A program made the translations under genes and the position numbers. This document shows positions 16,598 to 24,275 of a stretch of DNA of 32,000 bases, piece by piece. The notes beneath the pieces are model-generated. The model did not search any database, had not been told where the DNA came from, and saw only the letters and a program-made list of their open reading frames with translations. The stretch is from positions 7,860,001 through 7,892,000 of the forward strand of contig NC_010628.1 in NCBI RefSeq assembly GCF_000020025.1, in the 5' to 3' direction. This stretch comes from Nostoc punctiforme PCC 73102. GTDB lineage: Bacteria; Cyanobacteriota; Cyanobacteriia; Cyanobacteriales; Nostocaceae. Every line of letters begins with the position of its first letter. Position 1 is the stretch's first letter.

Positions 16598-19081
16598 TTA
16601 CGATCGCACTTCAGCAACCGTAATGATTTTTTCATCGCGGTTGAGTTGGATGATACTTTCACCTTTGACATCCCGGCCTAAAATCGGCACTGTTTCCACA
16701 GGTATCCGCACTACCCGTTCCTTATTAGTCACTAAAGCTACCTCACCAGATGCTATCGCTATGACCATACCAGCTAAATTATCAGTTTTGCTAGCAAATT
16801 TCAGCGCTTGCGTCCCTAAATCGCCGCGATTAGCCGCTCTTAACTGACTCGCAGCCATGCGTTTGGCATATCCTTCTTGAGTAACTAGGAGCAGATGGTC
16901 ATCTTTACCGACAGTCACACAGCCAACCATTTGCTGATTTTTCAATAACCGAAATGCTTGTAAACCCATCGCTGTGCGACCCATGATCGGTAATTGTTCA
17001 TCATTGGTTGCGAAGCGCAATACTCGCCCACCGGAACTAGCTAAAATCAGATGTTCCCCTGGTTTTGTGAACTGGGTAAATGACAATTCATCATCGTCTT
17101 TGAGCTTTAAAATCGTGATTCCGCGCCGCGTCAAGTTTGTGAATTCTCCCAGAGACAGACGCTTAATTCGTCCCTGTTTTGTTAAGAGAATCATCTGCTG
17201 AGTTTCGAGATTATCCGGTAGTAAAAAGCGGCTGACCACAGCTTCTTGAGCGCCTTGAGCAGTATTACTGAGCATAGTAATCAAAGGTTTTCCCCGTGGA
17301 GAACGCCCAGTAGTTGGAGGGATTTCTCCCACATTTACAGGATAGACTTTGCCGCCACCGGTTAGTATTAGCAAGTCTTTTTGGGTGTCAGTCAACACGG
17401 TTTGGATAATAAAGTCATTATCATGCAGACCATTTTCAGCTTTTGACTTTCTCCCAGATGGTTGGGTGCGACGGACATAACCCCGTTGGGTAAATTCTAA
17501 AATTGCTTCTTCTGCTGGTTCAGAAGATTTCAGTTCCTCCTCCTCTGCCCTAGACTTCTGCTCTTCGGCTCTAGACTTTTGCTCCTCTCCAATTTTTGTC
17601 CGCCGGGGATCGCTGTACTTGCGCTTGAGCGATCGCAAATCTTTTTTCAGTGCTTTGAGTAATTCGCGGCGATCGTTGAGTAATTGCTCCAGCAAACTAA
17701 TTTGTTCGCTGATTTGCTCAAATTCTTGCTGCAAATTTTGCTGTTCTAAACTGGTGAGGCGGCGCAACGGCATAGCCAAAATTGCATCTCCTTGTACCTC
17801 ACTCAAATCTAGTTGGCTACAAAGATTTATTTTTGCCGTACTTCCATCGGGAGCTTGCCGTAAAATTTCAATTACCCGATCCAAATTAGATAGTGCTTTG
17901 AGTAAACCTTCTACCAAATGCACACGACTTTGGGCTTTCCCCAACTCGTAATTGTAGCGACGGTTCAGCGTCTCTTCCCGGAAACTCAAAAATTCTTGCA
18001 AAAGTTGACGCAAACTTAACTGACGGGGTTGTCCATTTACTATTGCTAGGAGAATTGCCCCAAACGTCATTTGCAAAGCAGTTTGGTGATATAAATGCTG
18101 GAGAACTTCTTGGGGATTGGTATCACGTTTGAGTTCAATTACTACCCGCATCCCTTCGCGATCGCTTTCATCTCGCAGATCGGAAATTCCTTGCAAACGA
18201 CCTTGATTTACTAAGTCTGCTACCTTCTCAATCCACGCAGCTTTATTCACTTGATAAGGCAATTCTGTAATGATAATTGCCGTCCGTCGCTTGCTTCCCC
18301 TACTGGCTGGAATTTCTTCTAGAGTTGCGACTCCCCGCAGCAGAATTCCACCTTTCCCTATGGTGTATGCTTCCCTAATTCCAGTCTCACCAATTATTTC
18401 TCCACCGGTGGGAAAATCTGGCCCTGGAATCAACTGGAATAACTTTTCATCTGGCAAATCTGGGTTGTCGATTAAAGCAATTAACCCATCGACAACTTCC
18501 CCCAAGTTGTGGGGTGGTACATTAGTCGCCATTCCCACGGCGATCCCAGAACAGCCATTAAGCAACAGAAACGGCAATTGAGCAGGTAGCACTGTTGGTT
18601 CTTGCTGGGAATTATCAAAGTTCCCGACAAATTCCACCGTCTCTTCGCCGATTTCTGTCAGCATTCCCTCATGACTGATCGGTGCGAGGCGCGTTTCTGT
18701 GTAACGCATCGCTGCTGGCGGGTCATTATCGACGCTGCCAAAGTTACCGTGTCCTGCTAGCAAAGGATAGCGGCTAGAAAAATCCTGCACTAACCTGACT
18801 AAGGCATCGTAAACTGATTGGTCGCCGTGGGGATGGTATTTACCCAACACATCACCCACTACACGCGCACATTTTCGATAGGGTCTATCTGGTACTAAAC
18901 CGAGTTCGTGCATTGCATACAAAATGCGGCGATGCACTGGTTTTAAGCCATCACGCACGTCTGGTAGCGCTCGCCCGACAATCACGCTCATGGCATATTC
19001 GAGATAAGACCGTTGCATCTCGGTGTGCAGGGCTGTTGGAATTACCTGTCCCGTTGAGAGAAGGTTTAACTGTTTTGCCAT
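16598..19081 (-). CDS. gyrA: Type IIA topoisomerase subunit A (GyrA/ParC family; annotated here as gyrA-like)
   Basis: 827 aa. Motifs: [45 protein letters not shown], catalytic AAMRYTE, and [22 protein letters not shown] coiled-coil arm is followed by a ~300-aa C-terminal repeat domain. The GyrA box is poorly conserved (QPSGRKS), so this could be a GyrA paralogue or ParC-like subunit. Confidence 0.88.
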   Translation of the reverse strand: MAKQLNLLSTGQVIPTALHTEMQRSYLEYAMSVIVGRALPDVRDGLKPVHRRILYAMHELGLVPDRPYRKCARVVGDVLGKYHPHGDQSVYDALVRLVQDFSSRYPLLAGHGNFGSVDNDPPAAMRYTETRLAPISHEGMLTEIGEETVEFVGNFDNSQQEPTVLPAQLPFLLLNGCSGIAVGMATNVPPHNLGEVVDGLIALIDNPDLPDEKLFQLIPGPDFPTGGEIIGETGIREAYTIGKGGILLRGVATLEEIPASRGSKRRTAIIITELPYQVNKAAWIEKVADLVNQGRLQGISDLRDESDREGMRVVIELKRDTNPQEVLQHLYHQTALQMTFGAILLAIVNGQPRQLSLRQLLQEFLSFREETLNRRYNYELGKAQSRVHLVEGLLKALSNLDRVIEILRQAPDGSTAKINLCSQLDLSEVQGDAILAMPLRRLTSLEQQNLQQEFEQISEQISLLEQLLNDRRELLKALKKDLRSLKRKYSDPRRTKIGEEQKSRAEEQKSRAEEEELKSSEPAEEAILEFTQRGYVRRTQPSGRKSKAENGLHDNDFIIQTVLTDTQKDLLILTGGGKVYPVNVGEIPPTTGRSPRGKPLITMLSNTAQGAQEAVVSRFLLPDNLETQQMILLTKQGRIKRLSLGEFTNLTRRGITILKLKDDDELSFTQFTKPGEHLILASSGGRVLRFATNDEQLPIMGRTAMGLQAFRLLKNQQMVGCVTVGKDDHLLLVTQEGYAKRMAASQLRAANRGDLGTQALKFASKTDNLAGMVIAIASGEVALVTNKERVVRIPVETVPILGRDVKGESIIQLNRDEKIITVAEVRS

Positions 19082-19407
19082 GAGTTTTTTCCCTGAAATT
19101 TAACTACACAAAAGCCGGCGGAACTCAATATTGCAGCAACCACAGCATAACGGATGAAATGGGATTCCTAACAAAATATTGATAGTCATAGAAGAAAAAG
19201 CAGTAGTATCATCCTTGATGACAAGGAGGTACATAGACTATTAAAAAGGAAACAGATAGCAGGTAGCTGTTTTAATGGAATGATAATCTGCTGCACATTT
19301 AATTTGTATAGGCTTTATAGCCAGGATACCTGCCATGACTGCATTCTCTCATTTTTAATTTTGAATTGCTTAATCCCCTCACCTCTACATCCATAACTAA
19401 AATTCTC

Positions 19408-19815
19408 ATGAAAACTGTTTTAATTGTCGAAGACGATCTAATTAATGCTCGCGTTTTTTCCAAGATTTTGTCCAAGCGCGGCGGCTTGGGAGTAAAACAT
19501 ACTGAAAATGTCGAAGAAGTAATAAAAATTGCCCAATCAGGAGAAGCCGACCTGATTTTAATGGATGTTTCTCTGTCCAGAAGTGTTTACCAAGGGAAAT
19601 CTGTTGATGGAATCAAGATTACACAGATGTTAAAATCCGATCCAAAAACAGCGAACTTACCTGTTATTTTGGTGACGGCACATGCTATGGAAGGCGATCG
19701 CGAAAATTTTCTCAAGCAAAGCGGCGCTGATGGCTACATTTCTAAGCCAGTTGTTGATCATCAACAGTTTGTTGATCAAATCCTCGCACTTCTACCCACA
19801 GACGGCCAATCATAA
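19408..19815 (+). CDS. Single-domain response regulator (receiver only)
   Basis: From ATG 19408 the protein reads MKTVLIVEDDLINA..., with DLILMDVSL, VILVTAHAM and ISKPV. The ORF-track start at 19366 adds 14 non-conserved residues. Confidence 0.85.
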   Translation: MKTVLIVEDDLINARVFSKILSKRGGLGVKHTENVEEVIKIAQSGEADLILMDVSLSRSVYQGKSVDGIKITQMLKSDPKTANLPVILVTAHAMEGDRENFLKQSGADGYISKPVVDHQQFVDQILALLPTDGQS

Positions 19816-19935
19816 TTGACGACTGATTTCAGGATATAGTCGCCCGCAAAGGTTTTTGGGCAACTATTTCCTGTATTTAATTAGTATAGATGTACTACGA
19901 AAAGGTACTATTAGGCAAGTGGTAATTGGAAAGTC

Positions 19936-19956
19936 AATGGGGAATGGGGAATGGGG
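19936..19956. repeat. Heptamer tandem repeat AATGGGG x3 (STRR-like)
   Basis: Three perfect 7-nt units in the spacer between the response regulator gene and the TPR gene. Confidence 0.8.
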
Positions 19957-19982
19957 CTAATGAAAAATTACTTCTTTCCCTT

Positions 19983-20012
19983 CTGCTCCCTGCTCCCTGC
20001 TCCCCTGCTCCC
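19983..20012. repeat. Heptamer tandem repeat CTGCTCC x3-4 (STRR-like)
   Basis: ctgctcc ctgctcc ctgctcc c ctgctcc cc, ending just 3' of the TPR gene stop. Confidence 0.8.
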
Positions 20013-20017
20013 CGCTT

Positions 20018-20926
20018 CTATTGAGTAGGCTGTTTTCCAGGAGCTGATGATGAGTTTTCTGGTTGCTGTAAAGCTGCTTGAATACGGGGTAATTCTAGGA
20101 ATTTTTTCGTATCAGACAGTAGGCGATCGCCCCAGAGATTTTCTTTAAGAAAATTCAAATTAGCATAGCGCTGATCGATGCGGAGTGCAGCTTCTCCCAA
20201 GCTTAATCCTTGTTGGCGTAAGCGTAGCTCGCCGGAGGCATCGCCTTGCGTATACAGTGCCACTGCCAAAGCCAATAAAGGTTCTGCGGCTTGCTTATCA
20301 AGGGTTACAGCAGATTGCCATCGCTTAATCGCTTCAGAGGTATTACCCTGTTCGTAGTTGATTAAGCCAATATTGTTGAGCGCTGGCCAGAATTTTTTAT
20401 CTTGAGAGACTGCTTTATCGTACTGTGCGATCGCATCTGGCAATTTACCCAGTAGATAGTAAGCATTACCCAAATCAAACAACCCTTCTGGATCGTTGGG
20501 TTTTAACTTCAAGCCGTCTTGGTAATTGACAACCGCCGCTTGGTAATTTTTCTGCTGAAAATTAGCTGAACCCAAAGCAAACAAAATATCACCATTTTTG
20601 GGGTTGAGAGATTGCGCTTTTTTTAAGCTAGCGATCGCTCCATCAAACTCTTTGGTTTGGAGTTGCAATCCACCTAAAAGCAACCATACTTTATCATTCT
20701 TCGGAGCCAGTTGACTAGCCAGCCGCGCTCGTGGCAAAGCTAATTCAACCTGTTGAAACTGAGCTAGTTGAGCCGCCTCTTGTGCCAGACTCAACCCCTG
20801 CTTCTCTAACTTTGTCCCATCTAGTTGCAGTGTATGGGGTATTAATGCCTGCGCGTTAGCGGCTTTTGGCATACTCCACAAACTACAGACCATTAGAAAA
20901 GAAATCAAACGAACATGTTTAGGCAC
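20018..20926 (-). CDS. Secreted tetratricopeptide-repeat (TPR) protein
   Basis: The N-terminal signal-like segment is (M)PKHVRLISFLMVCSLWSMPKAANAQA, with a GTG start. Several TPR units follow, for example YQAAVVNYQDGLKLKPNDPEGLFDLGNAYYLLGKLPDAIAQYDKAV. Confidence 0.85.
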   Translation of the reverse strand: MPKHVRLISFLMVCSLWSMPKAANAQALIPHTLQLDGTKLEKQGLSLAQEAAQLAQFQQVELALPRARLASQLAPKNDKVWLLLGGLQLQTKEFDGAIASLKKAQSLNPKNGDILFALGSANFQQKNYQAAVVNYQDGLKLKPNDPEGLFDLGNAYYLLGKLPDAIAQYDKAVSQDKKFWPALNNIGLINYEQGNTSEAIKRWQSAVTLDKQAAEPLLALAVALYTQGDASGELRLRQQGLSLGEAALRIDQRYANLNFLKENLWGDRLLSDTKKFLELPRIQAALQQPENSSSAPGKQPTQ

Positions 20927-21018
20927 ATTACCGCCTTTAAGCCACTAATCAAAGAATCTTTCAGCTAGCTTAAACGATCTCAGCTCTTGACGGCAGCAAA
21001 ATATTACGTCATTAGTTA

Positions 21019-21073
21019 TTGACATTCCCATCACAAAGGCAATAAATAAATAAGTAACCACTCACTTATTTAT
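21019..21073 (+). promoter_or_regulatory. Candidate tetR promoter overlapped by a 10-bp perfect inverted repeat
   Basis: TTGACA (21019-21024), a 17-nt spacer, then ATAAAT (21042-21047). ATAAATAAGT (21046-21055) and ACTTATTTAT (21064-21073) are exact reverse complements separated by 8 nt. Together they span the -10 to the start codon. Confidence 0.35.
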
Positions 21074-21710
21074 GGCTCGTATACCCAAAATCACCAATCA
21101 GCAGATATTAGAAGCGGCTCGTCAAGTTTTCCTGCAACAAGGATTTGGTGCTTCAACCTTAGAAATTGCTCAACAGGCAGGTATTTCTGAAGCTTCAATT
21201 TTCAAGCGATTCTCAACCAAAGAAGAATTATTTTTTGCGGCGATGGGAATTCCAGAAAAACCCGTGTGGGTGAGCGAGTTGGAATCTCTTAGTGGTAAAG
21301 GCGATCTCAAAGAAAACCTAATCAATATTTGCCTCCAGATTATGGAATTTTATCGTGAGGTGCTGCCTCAGATCGTGATGCTGCGATCGCGAGGCAATGC
21401 GTTTCCAGAACTTGGAGGTAATGAACCAAGACCCATACAAGATTTCAAAGCACTTACCGCTTTTCTAGAGTATGAAATCAACCAAAATCGCCTTCGCCCT
21501 TGCGATCCCCAGACAGTGGCTCATATTTTACTGGGATCGTTGATGAACTATGTTTTTTTAGAGCAGATTTCGTCTCAAAAAAGTATAAAAACAGACGTTA
21601 TTTCCATAAAAAGTTACTTAAACTCTGAAGATTGTGGTACAGAAGTATCAGCATTTATCCAAAATTTTGTGGACATTATCTGGCAAGGAATTGCGCCAAT
21701 ACAGAATTAA
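21072..21710 (+). CDS. TetR/AcrR-family transcriptional regulator
   Basis: The N-terminal HTH region is ILEAARQVFLQQGFGASTLEIAQQAGISEASIFKRFSTKEELF. A ~150-aa helical ligand-domain-like remainder follows. Confidence 0.9.
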   Translation: MARIPKITNQQILEAARQVFLQQGFGASTLEIAQQAGISEASIFKRFSTKEELFFAAMGIPEKPVWVSELESLSGKGDLKENLINICLQIMEFYREVLPQIVMLRSRGNAFPELGGNEPRPIQDFKALTAFLEYEINQNRLRPCDPQTVAHILLGSLMNYVFLEQISSQKSIKTDVISIKSYLNSEDCGTEVSAFIQNFVDIIWQGIAPIQN

Positions 21711-21770
21711 ATTTAAAAAAATTGGGCGTTGGATATTAATTATTCTCCCTTGTCTCCCCCTTAAAAACTG

Positions 21771-21822
21771 ATGACTTTGGTCATACATAAGTCTCGAATT
21801 ACTAATGACTTTTGTCATACAT
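21771..21822. promoter_or_regulatory. Two copies of an operator-like palindrome ATGAC-N4-GTCAT (18-nt direct repeat, 34-nt period)
   Basis: atgactttggtcatacat (21771-21788) and atgacttttgtcatacat (21805-21822) match at 17 of 18 positions. Each contains a 5-4-5 palindrome. They lie between tetR and the repeat-protein gene. The TTGGTC and TTGTCA inside them could serve as -35 elements. Confidence 0.45.
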
Positions 21823-21978
21823 TGGTTTCAGCTTTTTGATCGATAATTATTATGTATGAATTTATACGATGAGGTAAATATCAAACATATTAATACCCAA
21901 ATAAAGGCAACTATCTAAGTATTGCTGAATCTAAACCTCAGCAGAATAGAAATTTAATAGCAATGGGGAGTTAATTTC

Positions 21979-22536
21979 ATGTTGAAGCCAAACCGTGTAT
22001 CGATAGTCCTAGCTGCTGCTGCCCTGATAATTGTTCCCACTCTTTTGACTGCGTCTGCAAGTGCCCAGACGAAAGTCTATGTTGTTGGCGATCGCGATCA
22101 AAATTGGGATCGCGACGGCAGATCCTATCCTGGAGAAGTCCGAAACCCTAGAGATCGGGATAATAATTGGAACCGCGACGGCAGATCCTACCCTGGAGAA
22201 GTCAGAAACTCTAGAGATCGCGATCAAAATTGGGATCGCGACGGCAGATCCTATCCTGGAGAAGTCAGAAACTCTAGAGATCGGGATAATTGGAACCGTG
22301 ACAACCAATCCTATAGCAGAGTAGTCAGACTTGGTAATGGTGACATCAGATATCCCAATGGGCAAATTATTCCTTCTAGATCCATAGTTAGACTGCGTAA
22401 CCAAGGTTACTTCAGACTTCCCAACGGGGATATTCTTCTTCCCAGTCAGGAAATTGTTCCTGCTGGGAGATTAGTGAGAGTGCGTGATGATTATTTCAGA
22501 CTTCCTAGTGGGTTGGTACTGCAAATAAACCTTTAA
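21979..22536 (+). CDS. Secreted tandem-repeat protein, no recognised family
   Basis: GGGGAG lies 8 nt upstream of the ATG. The Sec-type signal is MLKPNRVSIVLAAAALIIVPTLLTASASA|QT. There are 3.8 copies of a 21-aa unit DRD(Q/N)NW(D/N)RDGRSYPGEVRN(P/S)R, then a second repeat type, (I/F)R(Y/L)P(N/S)G.I(I/L).PS..IV.... Confidence 0.75.
   Translation: MLKPNRVSIVLAAAALIIVPTLLTASASAQTKVYVVGDRDQNWDRDGRSYPGEVRNPRDRDNNWNRDGRSYPGEVRNSRDRDQNWDRDGRSYPGEVRNSRDRDNWNRDNQSYSRVVRLGNGDIRYPNGQIIPSRSIVRLRNQGYFRLPNGDILLPSQEIVPAGRLVRVRDDYFRLPSGLVLQINL
22090..22329 (+). repeat. 63-nt in-frame tandem repeat (3 full units plus a 3-nt-shorter degenerate fourth)
   Basis: Units lie at 22090-22152, 22153-22215 and 22216-22278, with a partial unit to about 22329. 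Units 1 and 3 differ at 2 of 63 nt. Confidence 0.9.
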
Positions 22537-22569
22537 AACACTAAAAACTCAAAATCATTGTCAGTATAG

Positions 22570-22614
22570 GGCTACCAGGCTATAGTTTAGCCGTGAATAA
22601 CTGGCTTGGTAGCC
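22570..22614 (+). other. 11-bp stem-loop between the repeat-protein gene and the membrane-fusion-protein gene
   Basis: ggctaccaggc (22570-22580) pairs with gcttggtagcc (22604-22614), including one G-U pair, around a 23-nt loop. No T-run follows. Confidence 0.4.
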
Positions 22615-22630
22615 GTTCCTTATAGACAAA

Positions 22631-24253
22631 ATGGATATGAAAATTGATACACAAAATGCCGTAGATTCATCAGTTTTAGTTCCAGAGGTAAAGAAAAAAA
22701 AGGGCAAACGAAATTGGCTCTCTTGGCTAATTGCTTTTTGCCTTTTGGGTGGAATTGGCTATGCAGTTTATTACCAAGTAGCCGTTGTTTCCCAGCAACA
22801 AGCCAGCCGTCGGGTGCTGACAAGACCTGTACAAAGGCAGAGTTTAACAATCACAGTTTCAGCGAACGGAACAGTAAAACCTGAGCGGTCAATCAACCTC
22901 AGCCCGAAAAATTCCGGTATCTTGAAAACACTGCTAGCGAAAGAAGGGGATCTCGTTAAACAAGGACAGATTGTCGCTTACATGGATGATTCCAACCTGC
23001 GAGGGCAACTTACTTCTGCTCAAGGACAATTGGCACAAGCCGAGGCGAATTTGCAAAAAGCGATCGCAGGTAATCGTCCTCAAGATATTGCTCAAGCACA
23101 AGGAGTATTAGACGAAGCCCAGGCGAATCTGCAAAAGGTACAAGCAGGCAATCGCTCTCAAGATATTGCCCAAGCACAGGCACGCTTGCAAAGCGCTCAA
23201 GCCACTCTTCGCCAAGCAGAAGATGATTTTGTTCGCAATCAACAGCTTTACAATGCAGGTGGTATATCCCTTCAGACTCTTAACCAAAACCGTGCCACTC
23301 GTGACAGCGCCCAAGCTAGTGTAAATGAAGCACAGCAAGCACTTGGGTTGCAAAAAGCTGGGTCACGTCCAGAAGACATCGAGCAAGCACAAGCTGTAGT
23401 GAAGCAGAGACAACAAGCTTTGGCACTTTTGAAAGCCGGAACGCGCCAAGAAGATATTAACGCAGCCCGTGCCCAGGTAACATCTGCTCGTGGTTCGCTG
23501 CAAAACATCCAAGCCGAAATAAATGACACAATCATTCGCGCCCCTTTTGATGGGGTAGTGACAAAGAAATTTGCCGATCCAGGTGCTTTCGTGACACCCA
23601 CAACTGCCAGTAGTGAAGTCGCTTCCTCTTCTTCTTCTTCAATCTTGTCTCTAGCTTCAACAAATGAAGTTGTCGCAAATTTAGCGGAAACAAATATTTC
23701 CAAAATCAGCCTTGGTCAAAAAGTCTCGATTACAGCAGATGCCTACCCAGGAAAAACCTTTGAAGGTAAAGTCAGCCAAATTGCTGCCCAAGCAATAGTA
23801 GAACAAAACGTTACCAGTTTTGAAGTGAGAGTATCACTTTCAGACCCTCAAAGACTACTGCGGTCTGGAATGAATGCGGAAGTAGATTTTCAAGTCGGTC
23901 AGGTTGAAAACGTTTTAGTAGTGCCAACCGCGTCAGTTGTGCGCCAACAAAATGCCACAGGTGTGTATGTGACTGGAGCAGATAACAAACCTGTCTTTAC
24001 TCGCATCGAGACTGGTGTCACCGCAAATAACTTTACCGAAGTTAAGTCTGGATTGACGGGAAACGAGAGAGTATTACTAAGTTTCCCACCAGGGTCACGT
24101 CCGCAATCAACACCACGAGGAGGAGTTTTCCCTGGTCTTGGAGGAGGCGGTGGAACTGGTGGTGGCGGAGGTCGTTCAGGTGGTGGCGGAAGTCGTTCAG
24201 GTGGTGGCGGCGGAGGTCGTTCAGGCGGTAGTTCGGGTGGTGGTTCCCCTTAA
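22631..24253 (+). CDS. HlyD/MacA/DevB-type periplasmic adaptor (membrane fusion protein) with Gly-rich C-terminal tail
   Basis: N-terminal TM anchor (WLSWLIAFCLLGGIGYAVYY), lipoyl/barrel motifs (GTVKPERSINLSPKNSGILKTLLAKEGDLVKQGQIVAYMD; IRAPFDGVV), and a long hairpin of repeated AGxRxxDIxQAQ units. Confidence 0.9.
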   Translation: MDMKIDTQNAVDSSVLVPEVKKKKGKRNWLSWLIAFCLLGGIGYAVYYQVAVVSQQQASRRVLTRPVQRQSLTITVSANGTVKPERSINLSPKNSGILKTLLAKEGDLVKQGQIVAYMDDSNLRGQLTSAQGQLAQAEANLQKAIAGNRPQDIAQAQGVLDEAQANLQKVQAGNRSQDIAQAQARLQSAQATLRQAEDDFVRNQQLYNAGGISLQTLNQNRATRDSAQASVNEAQQALGLQKAGSRPEDIEQAQAVVKQRQQALALLKAGTRQEDINAARAQVTSARGSLQNIQAEINDTIIRAPFDGVVTKKFADPGAFVTPTTASSEVASSSSSSILSLASTNEVVANLAETNISKISLGQKVSITADAYPGKTFEGKVSQIAAQAIVEQNVTSFEVRVSLSDPQRLLRSGMNAEVDFQVGQVENVLVVPTASVVRQQNATGVYVTGADNKPVFTRIETGVTANNFTEVKSGLTGNERVLLSFPPGSRPQSTPRGGVFPGLGGGGGTGGGGGRSGGGGSRSGGGGGGRSGGSSGGGSP

Positions 24254-24275
24254 AGTGAGTTGTAAATAAAAGCTT

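Noticed and set aside
16482-16847. 121-aa plus-strand ORF spanning the GNAT/gyrA-like junction
   Set aside because: It is antisense to two well-supported genes, and its Ser/Arg-rich translation is typical of reverse-frame artefacts.
22090-22329. Considered whether the 63-nt tandem repeats could be a CRISPR-like array
   Set aside because: The units are directly adjacent with no unique spacers, they are in frame within a well-supported CDS, and no cas genes or leader are present.
22009-22404. 131-aa minus-strand ORF, and the 87-aa plus-strand ORF at 22061..22324, both overlapping the repeat-protein gene
   Set aside because: Both are shadow frames kept open by the 63-nt tandem repeat. They have no signal or SD context, and their periodic sequence mirrors the real frame, which has a GGGGAG RBS and a signal peptide.
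23108-23703. Minus-strand ORFs 23108..23353 and 23272..23703 inside the membrane-fusion-protein gene
   Set aside because: They are antisense shadow ORFs in a Gln/Ala-rich, stop-poor coiled-coil coding region. Their translations show no recognisable motifs.
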